In this document: piece by piece, positions 25,236 through 38,391 of the stretch | Layout of the letters: every line of letters begins with the position of its first letter | Position numbering within the stretch: position 1 is the stretch's first letter | Assembly: GCA_951406725.2 (NCBI GenBank) | Contig: OX597815.1 | Span: 56,172,001-56,236,000 of the forward strand | From: Octopus vulgaris | Taxonomy: Eukaryota | Reading direction: 5' to 3' | DNA length: 64,000 bases | The notes under the pieces: model-generated | What the model saw: the letters and a program-made list of their open reading frames with translations, nothing else | Told to the model about the DNA's origin: nothing | Database searches by the model: none | Program-made: the position numbers and the translations under genes

Positions 25236-26479
25236 CACACAGACATGCGGGAAGTAAATAGACACCTTTAATTTTCAAAATCTTTTATTTAATACGCAAA
25301 GCGAACAATCGAAATGTAATCGATAGGTAGGACTACATACTTTAGTATTTAGTTGATATTCCCTCTGCAGTTTTTAATTCAGAAACTCTTTTTGGCATTA
25401 AACTGGTGAGCTTTGTGATTGTTTCTTGTGAAATTTCTGCCCACTTTTCACGCAACAATCGAAGCAATTCATATTTAGATTTAGGTTTTTGTTGAGTTTT
25501 TCTTATAGTTCTATCTTGTATGCTTCAAAGATTTTCAACTGGGTTCATGTCAGGAGACTGGCCCAGCCAAGGAAGCTTTTTGATCCCATTTTCAGTCAGC
25601 CATTGTTGATTCCTTTTCGCTGGTGGCATGGAGCCCAATCTTCCATGAATAAAAAGTAATTTTTCGTTATGTTATCTTGTGAATAAATCGGAAGTAGTCC
25701 TTGCTTAAGTATTTCGATGTATTTTTCAGACTTTATGGTTCCAACACATTCGATCAGCTCAGAACGACCATTGCTGCTGAAAACTTCCCATACCATTACA
25801 GAGATACTGCCATGTTTCACATTTGGTTGGAGTTGTTTCAAATCAAATTCTTGAGTGGGAAGCCTTCAGACCCAAACACGTCCACTGTCTGAAAATAATG
25901 CAAATCTGGATTCATCTGAGAAAATCACTCTATCCCAAAATGAACAGGATATCTTTCTTTTCATGATATTAATTGGCTGAAGGAAAGGTTTTCTTCTAGC
26001 TGCTCAGCCATAATACGCAAGCTTATGCAGATATGTGACACACGTCCTTGGACTAACTTCTAGTTGTTTTGCAATGTCAGAAACCCTCGAATGGTGTTCA
26101 TTTTCCACAATTCTCTTCAAGCAGCGAAGTTTCCTTTCCGAGGGCCCAGGTCGGCCAGGACGAGAATCTGTTGATTCTTTTCCTTGGCTTTTGAATTGCA
26201 ATATAATTCTATTAACAGTAGCAAGAGGAATTTGAAGATTTTCGGCAATTTTTCGCTGGCTAAGACCAGCCTCAGATTACCCAACAATACGACCTCTTTG
26301 AAAATCTGAGAGTTCTGCTGAATTTCTTGTGTGTGGCATGGTTACTCTTCGCAAATGTTTAATATAATGGCACCTGGAATGAAAAAGAATAATTACATTG
26401 TAAATTCTACTCCGCTGAAAACATATTAAGACGTATAGATCAGAAATTTTGAAAATTAAAGGTATCTATTTACTACCTG

Positions 26480-26522
<43 letters not shown>
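25236..26522 (-). mobile_element. Tc1-like DNA transposon, transposase pseudogene
   Basis: ~40-bp TIRs (CATGCrGGwAGTAAATAGAyACCTTTAATTTTCAAAA); ELSDFQRGRIVG HTH, VIFSDESRF, VKHGSISVMVW, FMEDWAPCH, QSPDMNPVEN; TA flanks. Confidence 0.9.
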
Positions 26523-26524
<2 letters not shown>

Positions 26525-26789
26525 AGGACATCACCAACGAGTGAAAAATACGTTGGTACACGAGCAATAAGTACGGGACAAATTAGCAATAAAAAATATA
26601 CAATAAGAAGAGAACATCACCAACGACTGAAAAATACGTAATAATATAAGTGAAAAAGCATGCGAGGTAAGGAAAGTTAATTTCGGCCTGTATATGTGTG
26701 TACACGATCTCATAGTAGTATACATAGAGAGAGATATGGTAATGTTGCAGAGAAAAGAAATTGAGCTAATGAAAGCGATTGAGTGTGGG

Positions 26790-27147
26790 ACGAGACAACT
26801 TCTATGTTGGTTAATTTCATAGTTGTCACTCTGTGTCGTTACTTCAGTCGAGACAGCATTTCGTGTGAGCCGGTCAGCCTCCTCTCTGTCAATGATTGCT
26901 CTCACTTTTCCCTGAAGGCTACTAGAATTTATAAGAATGCAAGAAGCAACCAAAGCAATGGCTATTTTGTGGGGTCCACTCTACCGCAGACAAGAGGTTT
27001 GAAGGGTCAAGTGGCAATGATATAAAACGGGTTAGCGAAGCCATCTGGTATACGTAACTTCTACGTGAGAAAAGTTCTGTTGAAATGTTAAAGGAAATTG
27101 GCAGATTTGGGTTCGAATCTACTCTATACCTAAATGAAGTCACTACA
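26790..27147 (-). mobile_element. Diverged LTR fragment related to the 32448 and 50142 LTRs
   Basis: Minus strand starts TGTAGTG...GATTCGA and carries TTGCCACTTGACCC; the far end is undefined. Confidence 0.5.
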
Positions 27148-27390
27148 TACATACATACATACATACATACATACATACATACATACATAATGTGTATTCG
27201 CACGCACCCTGACCCACACACATGCGCACAAACAAAAAGAACGCTGCTCGGAGAACGGACAGATGCACGACTATTGAAAAGGTTGCAACACACAATGAAA
27301 ATTTTAGAAAAAGTAATGAAGTAAATGAGTGGAAAGTGAACCGGTCAGTGTGTCAAATAACAAGGCACAAAAAGAGAATGACTCTCCCCT

Positions 27391-30300
27391 ATGCAGGCAT
27401 GGCGCCAAATTTCACTTAACAGTTCAACACCACTTTTCTCACGGTAAAACAATAGTTTTTCTGTGAGTGACAGCAGATGCCATCGCTAAGAAGAATAATG
27501 TCTTTTCTACTTGATCCGTCGGCCATCCAGCAGCTACATTTGGTAACTGAGAAGGTGGTGAACGGCTGGCGTCCTTGCAGAGACTTCAGAACCCTCAACA
27601 ACGCTACAGTGCCTAACACCCACCCCATATCACACTTACACGATTTTCCCAGTTCCCTGAACGGAGCACCGATTTTCTCTAAAATCGATCTAGTGCGGGC
27701 CTACAATTAGATACCCGTCGAACCTGTGATGTTCCGAAAACGGCAATTGCCACGCCCTTCGGACAATTCGAGCTTTTTCGGATGCCCTTCGGTTTCCGTA
27801 ACGCAACGCAGACATTTACACTTACATCGATGATATGCTGATAGCAAGTAAATCCGAAGCCGAACATGAAGAGCGTTTACATCAACTATTCCAGTGGTTA
27901 GCTGAGTACGGCATCGTAATCAACAGTAAGTGTATTTTTGGTGTCTTTCATTCCTCGACCATATTGTCTACAAGGACTGAATTCGGCTCCTATCCAAAAA
28001 GGTGGAGGCGATAGTCAATTTCTCTATTCCTACGTCCCTTTGAAAACTGCGCGAATTTTGGGAATTAATTAACTTCAGCCGGCGTTTCCTACCACACTGC
28101 ACCGAAACAGCTCAGCCGCTTACAGATGTTCTGCGTAACAAAAGTAGGAAGAGACAGGCTATAATGTTAGGTAAGGCAAAGCTGGCCTCCTTCAATAAAC
28201 TCAAGGATATACTAGCTAGGGCCGTGATGCTCGTTTACACCAAACGTAGTGCTCCACTCACTTTACTGGTTGACGCGTCCATGTCCGGAAGTTGGCGGTG
28301 TTCTTCAGCAGTTGGTGGATGGCGTTTGGCAACTGTAGTGATCCTATATAACGGTGCACTCACGCGCACCGTCCATTTCTATTTCGCGCGTGCGGTGTTG
28401 GTGCCTTCACCAAGGCAGAGAGGAAGGGCCCTCTCGCGCATGCGCGAAGCACCGGAAGAAGGACCCTTTTGCCTACGTGGCAGTTAGCCGAGGCAGGGGG
28501 ATCGTAGGACGTTGACCACTAGCGTCCAGCAGCAGTCATTGACTTGAGACAAAGCGACCGAAGGCAACGGACGTATATTTTCTCGCTGTCCACTTTTGAT
28601 AGCAGTCGGCCGAAGGCTTTAACCTTTTTATTCTTCAACATAATGACGGACGCCATCATATCATCGATGCTTTTTCTCTGCCTTCGTCATCATCATCGTC
28701 GTCTTAGAACTTCACGTCGTCGTTATCTTCGTCGCCATCAACACTAAGAACAATGTTGTCTCAAGTCCACACCACAGTCGCCTCCACCACCAGTCGCCTT
28801 CAACACCGTCGACACAACAAGATGTAAATAGCAACTCGCGGAAGTTTAGCCCACTTGCTGTTTGTACATGGCACACCAAGGAATTAACAGCCCAGCACTA
28901 TCTGCGAGATTCTTCTGTTCCAGTTAACCTGTCACAGCATTGAAGCCACAACCGTTACACGATATGTGTTCAATCGGCATCTGCATTTGTGATTTCAACA
29001 TTCTGTTACAGAACGAACTGCTATTGTGCATCAGGCTATTAGAGACTGGTAAATTAACTCCATTGTCTGAGATAGCCCTGAGAGACTTTTTCTATGCGCT
29101 GTATTTTTATTTTTGCTCGCATTCACCTTGTATGTATTTCTGTCGCACACACGTACACACACATAAATGCTATCTTTCTCACATACATACGTCATACATG
29201 CTTTTCTCGCTTGTTTTTTCCATGCTAAATTTGCCTTTTGTGGACACACCTCATTTCTATAGACCCTAGGGGTCACGTATACATTGAGAGGGTTGTTTGT
29301 CCATTATAACGCGCCGGAATGCCATACTTTTGTTCCTGTACGAACGAGGCATATAATCGCTCAACCACTGGCATATTCATTGCTGTTTTTTCGGTCTGGC
29401 AAGCCCTATTGCATTTCATGCGCCTTTGCTCCGCACGTGTACTGCCTTGTTTTTGCAACACGTTTGCGTTAGCTTAATTCTTTTCCCGACTCATAGAACG
29501 TCGGATGTTCACATGCGCTGCGCCATGTATAGGCGTAATTTTTTCCCTGTTAGACCCCTGTTGGTCACGTAATTAACAGAGAGACTTATCTGTGTCGCGC
29601 ATCACACCAGCATGCTTGCACTGTCTGCCTTTTGTGTTACTAGCGATCTATCTGTCGATTCCATTTCCTCTCCTGCAGCAATTGATTTAACTGCTATTTC
29701 GCAGGATCAACCACCTTTAGAGAAGTTGGATTTTAATTTCGCCTAGGTACATTAACTGTGAGTTTGCTTTCCTTCCGCTGGTCAGCGGAAGGCTCTTTAC
29801 TTTGTGACGTATCCACCTTCACGCGTGCACTTTTGATTTTGCTCATTTTGAGTATTTTTCCTTTTTGGTAAATTTCTTATGTATGTTGTAAATTTTGCCA
29901 TTTTATTATATTGTGTGCTATTTGGTTATCTGGTGTCCACCTTGAGTTTTATAATCACTACAGGGAATTTTGTGTCGTGCTTCGCACTGGGGCGGAGCTC
30001 TGTAGTGATCCTATATAACGGTGCGCGCACGCGCACCGTCCATTTCTATTTCGCGCGTGCGGTGTTGGTGCCTTCACCAAGGCAGAGAGGAAGGGCCCTC
30101 TCGCGCATGCGCGAAGCACCGGAAGAAGGACCCTTTTGCCTACGTGGCAGTTAGCCGAGGCAGGGGGATCGTAGGACGTTGACCACTAGCGTCCAGCAGC
30201 AGTCATTGACTTGAGACAAAGCGACCGAAGGCAACGGACATATATTTTCTCGCTGTCCACTTTTGATAGCAGTCGGCCGAAGGCTTTAACCAAATTGTTG

Positions 30301-33259
30301 CAGACAACATCATCTCCATGTTCCGGAAGCCATCTTTGACCAGTGTCGTTAGCATTTGAACTTTGTAAATTCTACAGCGATAACGTTCAGCTCTGACACA
30401 TCTATACCAAAGGGATACCCAGATATACCAATTATCTGTTACTATCATAAGAGAATAAAGTAGATATATATATTTTACGTCTGCGTCTTGTTGTTTCTGA
30501 CTGGTAGAATCTGGATTATTAAAGCAACGGAAAGTGATTGCTTCTCGCACCCCCAAAAGGTCCAGAGAAGATATTCACTAGTCGTTACACAACCATTGTC
30601 CTTTTTCTCCAAACGACTTCAGCCTGTGGAGGCTAAATACAGTACATTGGGGCGTGAGCTACTGGCTACATATCTGTCCATTAAGCACTTCCGCCATATG
30701 TTAGAAGGGTGCGTTTCCAGCATCTACACGGACCATAAACCGCTAGTATACGCCTTCAAAACAAAACCTGACCGCCATTCTCCCAGAGGACGGCAATTCC
30801 CCAATTCCGACACATATATCCCCTCGGACATTAACCAATGGACGCACGTTTTTATCCGGAACGATGGAATACCATCACAAATCCGTCCGCCGTATTTTAG
30901 ACCATACAGTGTAGTACAAAGAAGGGAGAAATACTTTGTCGTCGGAGGTAAATGGCAAGCAAAATTCTATCAATATCGATCGTCAAACCCGATTCCGCAT
31001 CATCATCATCGTCGACTCCACACCAAACCGTCAGTCTCGTCAACGCCTCCCCCACAAGTACCTCGTCTTCACAGCAAATACGTACAAGAAACAGGCGAGA
31101 GTCCACTGGCCGGCTAAATACGTACAAATTCTCTCTTTCAAATAAAATTCAGCTGAGTGATTTACAGGCACCAATGCCTTAATTTCTACACGAACACCTA
31201 CAAGACTTATATATTCATTTTTTTCTTTCCATTGAACTTCACAAGGATCATACCTTTAAGACTTACATTGCCCTAATTCAATTTCCTGTTTGTTATATTG
31301 AATTACAATTGATTCTGCTTGCATCCTATCAGACTAAAATGAACTGAACATTTATACATAACCTGAACTTTTGTTTGCATGCCTTCTCAATTTTATTCAT
31401 ATTTTGCACTTCCACTTTCTTGCAGTCACATTGTCGCACGTTGCATTTTGCATGTACTTTTTTCGTTCATTTTGGAAATGTTTGTATTGTTACACACACA
31501 CACGCATGCTAACAATGTCACATTCATGCACCACGCATGCCTTTCTCGCTTGTTTTTCATGCTCCCTTGTAGATACAACTCGCTTCTGTAAGACCCTAAG
31601 TCGATCATCTATACATAGAAAAAGTTGTTTGTCCCTTACAACGCGCCAGCATGCCACACTTATGCTCCTTCATGTTCAAGGCATTTAATACCTCCTGCAT
31701 CAGCTGGCATATCCAGCACCGCCTTAATCACTGGCATATTCAACACGTGTACACTGAATTTGTAATAACTGAACTAGCTTACTACCTCAGCCATAAGTCC
31801 TTTTGCACACACACACACACCTCTATTATGCCTCTACTGCTTTGCTTTTCAACACGTCTGTGCCAGCTCAACTCAGATCCCGACTCGATGCACGTCGGAT
31901 GTTCACATGCTCTGCGCTCATGTCAGACATAATTTCCTTCTGTTACACCCCTGTTTGGTCACGTAATAAATGGAGAAAATTACATGTCTCGCGCATCATC
32001 CCAGCATGCTACACTGTCGTTCTTGCTAACTTCAGTAATTACCCACAACAACACCAGACACATTTCACTTCTGAAAAACCTTCAAGGCATTTTACACACT
32101 GAAATCCTGCAGGAAGATCTTCGATGTCATGGATTGAGAAAAGTCTCACTTGCTCACCTGAGTGAATTCACTACAGTGAATTTTGATACGTGCACCTGCA
32201 CTCGTGTATACGCGCTCACGCGCACTCATGCGCTAACTTTCCTGTGCTGCCCAATCACTGACTGCGCATTTTGGCACGCAAAGCGACACCGCTATTCGGA
32301 CCTATCAGAATAGAAAATTGTCTCGTATATACTTCAATGGTCTTCTCTCCTGATATGCAAAATTTTTCCTTAGCCATGCATTTCTTTCTCTTCCTTGATC
32401 GTTCGTTTCCTTTTCCTGGAACCTCTCTAGATGGGGTGGGGGAGCTATGTAGTGGATCATGCAGGCACAGCGTGGATTCGATCCTCGATCGCCAAATTTC
32501 ACTTAACAGTTCAACACCACTTTTCTTACGGTAAAACAATAGTTTTTCTATGAGTGACAGCTGTTACGTTTGTCAGATGCCATCGCTAAGCAGAATAATA
32601 TCTTTGCCACTTGACCCGTCTAATCTCTTTTAGGCCACCAAAAGCTTGAACAAGAGATAACAGACCGCCAACAAATTTTTTTTTTCATCAATATGTCTCT
32701 CCTTCTAACTAGTTTGGAAATTTATAAATACTAAAACACCGTAGGAAAAAGTTAGTTGGCAAAAAGGAGATGACGTAGAGGCGACCACAGGCAGAATCCT
32801 GTTTGTGAGATAATTCAACTGAGAGAAGGCGTACAGTGGGAATATCAAATATGATACAGTGTCATATCACAACCCTCTGCTGTTTAAATGTCAGGCACCA
32901 TAAAGGTATCATATTATCAACTCCCTACATTTAACATTCACTCTACCTTCCTCTAATTCCTAGTTAGGCAGCCTAGTTGACCAAACATAAACAGCAACCA
33001 CATAAAGAAAAGATAACTCTATTACTTTTATATGATACACATACCTGCCCGTCGAGGGTGAGCGAGTGAGTGTCTTCTCAGTCCATGATATCGAAGATCT
33101 TCCTGCAGGATTGCAGAGTGTGAAATGCCTTGAAGGTTTTTCAGAGTGAAATATACATTATACAAAGTAACAGTAAATAAATATTTCTTTAAAACTTCGA
33201 TCGCTGTTCTTCTTCCATCCTGTATACTGGAAGCCAACACCTTAACAACAACCGTTACA
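27391..33259 (+). mobile_element. Deleted Gypsy element (CsRn1-like) with RT/RNase H remnants and 3' LTR
   Basis: LTR fragment 27391-27520; WRPCRDFRTLN, IFSKIDLVRAY, LLVDAS, WQ|PLSFFSKRL, RELLA, YTDHKPL; polypurine tract GGGGTGGGGGAG before an LTR starting TGTAGTG at 32448; end inferred at CGTTACA 33259. Confidence 0.75.
28334..30589 (+). mobile_element. Nested non-autonomous LTR element
   Basis: Truncated 5' LTR 28334-28624 nearly identical to the start of the 3' LTR 30001-30589; TSD CAAC (28330-28333, 30590-30593); splits the host RNase H codons W-Q-P-L. Confidence 0.88.
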
Positions 33260-33964
33260 CTTAGTGACCCCCGACTGCAACGAAGAACTAATCGAAGAAA
33301 ACCTTAAATCAAAAATAGATTATAAAGAAGGACAGTGTCAAAATACCCAGAGTATCAAGATGTAAACATTAACCAAAAATTATGTCTGTTTAAAAAATTT
33401 TTTCACGTTGGATTACATATGCATTTAGCAGTAAATGCACACACCAAACCATCTATAATATGCACATATACACTAAAACATATAGACGTATGTACATAGC
33501 TACATACGTATAGACGTATGTACATAGCTACATACATATAAAGACATATATAGGCAAGACATAAATATAAACAAATGATTATATATATTTTTATATATAT
33601 AAACGCACACATGCACGCGCATAAAATCTCCTGGCGTATGCTAAAACAAGTTAGTTGTTACAGGCGAAAGAAAGAGAAGGAAAAATCAAGAAATTAAAGT
33701 ATGAAGAAGAAGAAGAAGAAGAAGAAGAAGAAGAAGAAAGAGAAAATTAAAAAAAGAGAAGCAGAAAACTAGTGAGAGAAAGAGGAAAAATAGATAGGGG
33801 CAGGGAGTGCTACATAATGACACCCAACAACATTTGGATACTTCATATGGCTTGAGCAACGAACACATGAAAACGCACACATAAAATTACATGCTCACAT
33901 ATATAAAAGTATGCACACACATACATACACGTTTATATATGTATTCATATATATATATATATCA

Positions 33965-34259
33965 CGGGATCACGTGACCGACCAGACCATCAGATGTTGT
34001 TACACATCGCTGGTCACAATGCGTTCGCATTGTTTTAGCCTTCGAATGACGCCACCCTGCTGGCTAAGCGAGCAGGCCAACTGAAGAAAGAGTGGTGAAG
34101 GAGTACAGCAGGGATCAACACCCCCTGCCGGAGCCTCGTGTTTAGGTGTTTTAGGTGTTTTCGCTCAATAAACACACACAACGCCCGGTCTGGGAATCGA
34201 AACCGCGATCCTACGACCGCAAGTCCGCTGCCCTAACCACGAGGTCATTGCGCCTCCAC
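33965..34259 (-). mobile_element. tRNA-derived SINE, second family
   Basis: Minus-strand head GGAGGCGCAATGACCTCGTGGTTAGGGCAGCGGACTTGCGGTC...GGTTTCGATTCCC has A/B boxes; microsatellite flanks. Confidence 0.7.
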
Positions 34260-34760
34260 ACACACACACACACATTTATGTATATACACGTTCGCGCGCG
34301 CATATGTATCCGTACACACACATACATGTATATAAAACATATACATACATACACATATATATATAGAAACATATCTACATCATAGCGTATATATGCAAAC
34401 AATTTTATTAAACGGTTATAACTTTTAATGCATTAATTGATTAATATTCTTCAAATAATTATTTACCCCGGGTATTTTGACTCTGTCCTTCGTTATAAGC
34501 TATTTTTATTTTAAGGTTTCCTTCAATAAGATGATTTTATACCGAATTTTGTTCATTGCATGCAACCTGTTATTATAAAGACTGTTAGTTGAAAGGACCA
34601 ATGAATCCAAATCATTTTCAAATGTGTATCCATTAATTTAATTGTATGTTTGCTTATAACCTTATTTTTGTTCCATTCTAAACAAAACTATCCGGCGAAA
34701 GGGAATGTGAAACTCTGAGTAGCAGTTCTTGAGATTTTTTTACTGCTTTTTAATAAAGTA

Positions 34761-34791
<31 letters not shown>

Positions 34792-34800
34792 GTGTATGTG

Positions 34801-34856
<56 letters not shown>

Positions 34857-35577
34857 TAGTTGAATGAATTATCCTAGTATGAATGATTCGGTTAACCGAT
34901 ACCCGGGTAGCAAATTCACGTCAGAAAACACGGTTGGAACTACATGCCAAGGGCAGAAATCACGTGCTTTCATGTGGAAATTTGTGTGTTTTTTTAATAT
35001 AAATAAATGAAAGAATGGAGTCGAACGACGATTTAACAAAATTCCTTTTGTTAAATCGTCGTTCGACTCCATTCTTTCATTTATTTATTTTATATATATA
35101 TATGAGTGCAGGTAGGTAGGTAGGTAGGTAGGCAGGCAGGCATGCAGGCAGGTAGGCTGGTAGGTGCTATAAATCAAAAGAATACAGGGAAAATCATCAG
35201 GGACACTTACTGTGCGATAAGTTGAAAGCAGTGTGTTTGGAATATAAGTGATGTTATACAGTATGTCAAGATATCTTAATTAGATAAAATAACACCCTTT
35301 GTAATGAGGACAATCATTTTCTAATTGACTAATAATTATTAAAAAATTCAAGAAAAACAACTCTTAAATTTTAGTCGATTTATGAATACACCACTGCAAT
35401 CTACATTGAATACATTTTAATAAACTGAAATTTTAGAGTTGTCTCCCCTGGCTTAACTTATCTTTGTTTACCCAGGATATGTTTTCCCTATTAAGGATAT
35501 TTTTCCGAGTTATTCCTATCTCTCCCTCTCTCTCCCCCCTCTCTCTTTCATTTTCTGTCTTTCTGTGTGCACGTGTG

Positions 35578-35657
<80 letters not shown>

Positions 35658-36316
35658 TAATTTAGAGATAAAACCACTATTAGGCAAACCAAACAATGAA
35701 AAACATAAGCCAATACATAAAATTAATTAATATATATTATTTTAAATATATATCTGTTATGCGTGTTTGTTGGGTTCTAATGGGAAAGACAACCAGTTGA
35801 AAACCATTGTTATGTTTATCGTGTTTATTGACGTTACTTATATGGACGACCCATTACAGTGTAGTGATACATTGTTTACTTAACACACAGTTTGTATTGT
35901 TCACTAACAAATAGTGCCAAGAGTATGGAGTAGTTTGGCATTCGCAAACACACAGATATGAATGTGTAACATCCCTTCTTGAAAAAAAAAAGGGGTCTCT
36001 TGGCAGTGAAGACAACTATGAGTAGTCTCCCTTGCTCTATGGATTGTCATCATGTCTTTTCTTTTTCTTTAGCGGTATCGAACCGGTGGCAGAATGTTCT
36101 TTCTCCATCTGGTGGATCTTCTGCTTCGCACCGGTGTCTGAGGTGTGTTGTACACGTTTTCCTCGGTAGCTCTGGTGTTGGGCGGATGTGGGCCCTGTTG
36201 CGTCTCAGCTGCCTACCAGATTCTGTTTCTATTATATTTGATCTTGAAGTTTCAGCTCTACTGACAACCTTTGCTGGGATCCATGTTTTAGTTATGGGAT
36301 CTTGAGTATGCACATG

Positions 36317-37396
36317 TTATCCTCCAAGCATCTCAGGTAAATATTGTGCATGTTTGTTGTGATGCCTCTGTGCTCGTTCTTGAGTGGCTGCTAGCTTTGC
36401 CCTTGTTTCTTTCTGGTCAATAGGAGGTTGGATCTTAGTTGGCAGGGTAGTTTTATACTTCCTGCCATTCAGCAATTCTGCTGGGGATTTCATATTAGCT
36501 CTCAGTGGAGTCGCTCGTAGGGACATAAGTGCCAAGTGTGGGTCTTCCCTAGTCTTCCGGCATTTGACTAGTGTTCTCTTCACTGTCTGCACCTGTCTTT
36601 CTATAAACCCATGACCTTTGGGGCAGTGTGGAGATGAAGTTTTAATATTGAACCCATATTTATCAGCTAGCTTTTTGAATTCTTGTGACGTGAACTGGGT
36701 TCCATTGTCACATATGATCTGCTCTGGTATTCCTTGCTCTGCTAGGAGTCCTCGGGCCACTGTAGTGATTGTTTTGGCTGTCAGGTCTTTCACTTTTCTC
36801 ACAATTGGAAATTTGGAGTAGTAGCAGGCCATTATTAAATACCATTCTTGGCCTTCTGTGAATAGATCTACTCCAATAGTTTGCCATGGCCTTCTTGGGA
36901 TGTCACCAGATAACATTTCCTCCTTTTGTTGTGAGGTTTTGTACTTTTCTATGTCTTTCTTTTGTTGTGAGGTTTTGTACTTTTCTATGTCTTTGTACAT
37001 GCTCTTATTGGCTGTCACATTCACAATGTGGTGGACCTTTCTGCTTAGTCCTTCCATCTCCTTTTTGTTTGTGATTGGTGGTCGGTCTTTGATAGGCATA
37101 TCACTGTTAATCCTGCTTGGAGCTGCTTTCACTTCAGCATTGACCGACACAATATTTAACCTCCTGCAGGTATCGAGTCCAAGAATTGCTGGGCCTTCTG
37201 TTCTTGTCACATAAAATGTACACTCGATTGATTTCCCTTTGTGTGTCCCCTTTATTGTTGTTTTCCCCAGTTGTGGGATTCTGGTACCTCCGTACGCAGT
37301 GAGGACCACATCACTTGGTGTGAGGATTCCTTTCCTGACCCTATCCTCTTCTGTCATATTTTCTGGGAACATCTTCTTGTATAAGCCGACAGGCAA
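36317..37396 (-). CDS. Protease C-terminal part fused to integrase core
   Basis: AILGLDTC (protease; DTG lies just upstream in frame) joined to PWQTIGVDLF, ICDNG, GFIERQVQTVK, YKTTLP (integrase). Confidence 0.85.
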   Translation of the reverse strand: MPVGLYKKMFPENMTEEDRVRKGILTPSDVVLTAYGGTRIPQLGKTTIKGTHKGKSIECTFYVTRTEGPAILGLDTCRRLNIVSVNAEVKAAPSRINSDMPIKDRPPITNKKEMEGLSRKVHHIVNVTANKSMYKDIEKYKTSQQKKDIEKYKTSQQKEEMLSGDIPRRPWQTIGVDLFTEGQEWYLIMACYYSKFPIVRKVKDLTAKTITTVARGLLAEQGIPEQIICDNGTQFTSQEFKKLADKYGFNIKTSSPHCPKGHGFIERQVQTVKRTLVKCRKTREDPHLALMSLRATPLRANMKSPAELLNGRKYKTTLPTKIQPPIDQKETRAKLAATQERAQRHHNKHAQYLPEMLGG

Positions 37397-37674
37397 GATA
37401 TCACTCTGGGCCCCAGTGTCTATCTTCAGCCTTAAGTCTATGTTTGTTCTTTTCCTTCCGGCCTTCTTTTGAATTTTTATCGTCGTGTATGCCTCATCTT
37501 CTTTCCTTCAGTCGTCCTTTCCCTTCTCATGCACATTTATTATGCCGATTGCTAAGAATTCCTCCTCTGAGGTGCTTTGTTCCTGTTGTTGTGCATGTAT
37601 ATCCCTTCTATTTCTGCTCCTCTTTGAAACTTGGGGCTTGTATCTCTGGGATTTTGTTATCCTACACATTTTTT

Positions 37675-38391
37675 TCAGTGGTTCAGTTTTCCACATCCTT
37701 TGCAGTGTGTACCGAATGCAGGACATTTTTTCCGGTCATTAAATTCATGCTCTGTACCACAGTACTGGCATGTTCTTTGTTTGTGGGTTTGCGTCCTGTG
37801 CCTTGATACAGTATCTACACTGCTACCTAGTGGGCTTGTTTGCAAGTTAAGTGAGGCCATCTGTTTGGTAGTGGCTTCGTATGCTCTTGCAGTGTCTACT
37901 GCTTCTACCAACTGGAGAGCGTCCTTACCTATGAGGGATTTTTGCACTTCTTTGTGGGCACACCCCCATATTAATTGGTCTACAATTCTCTCCTCCCTGT
38001 CTTTGAATTTGCATTTCTCTGCAACATTTTTCAGTCTTGACAGGAAATTGTCTATTGTTTCTTGTGGGGCTTGTTTCAGGCCCTGGAATTCGTATCTCTG
38101 AATTCTGTGGTTTGACCTGGGCTCTAGGTGCCTCTTAAATTTATCAAGAAGTGTATCTGGGTCATTGCAGTCTGATTCTGACATATCCCAGCTATTGTAT
38201 AGGTCTATTCCTTTATTACCTGACCATAAAAGGATGTAACTTACCTTTTCATCGTCAGTTGTGCCTTTCAGGAAACTTTTGAAAGCTAGTTGAGCTTTTT
38301 GTTTGAATTTTTTAAATTCTTCAACGACATCACTAGAATCCCAGTTCATAATCGGATGCAGATTCATCTGTACGGCGACGGGGGTCGCCAT
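37675..38391 (-). CDS. Gypsy Gag, frameshifted at the zinc knuckle
   Basis: QETIDNFLSRLK, IVDQLIWG, CQYCG...CPAFGTHCKGCGKLNH. Confidence 0.85.
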   Translation of the reverse strand: MATPVAVQMNLHPIMNWDSSDVVEEFKKFKQKAQLAFKSFLKGTTDDEKVSYILLWSGNKGIDLYNSWDMSESDCNDPDTLLDKFKRHLEPRSNHRIQRYEFQGLKQAPQETIDNFLSRLKNVAEKCKFKDREERIVDQLIWGCAHKEVQKSLIGKDALQLVEAVDTARAYEATTKQMASLNLQTSPLGSSVDTVSRHRTQTHKQRTCQYCGTEHEFNDRKKCPAFGTHCKGCGKLNH

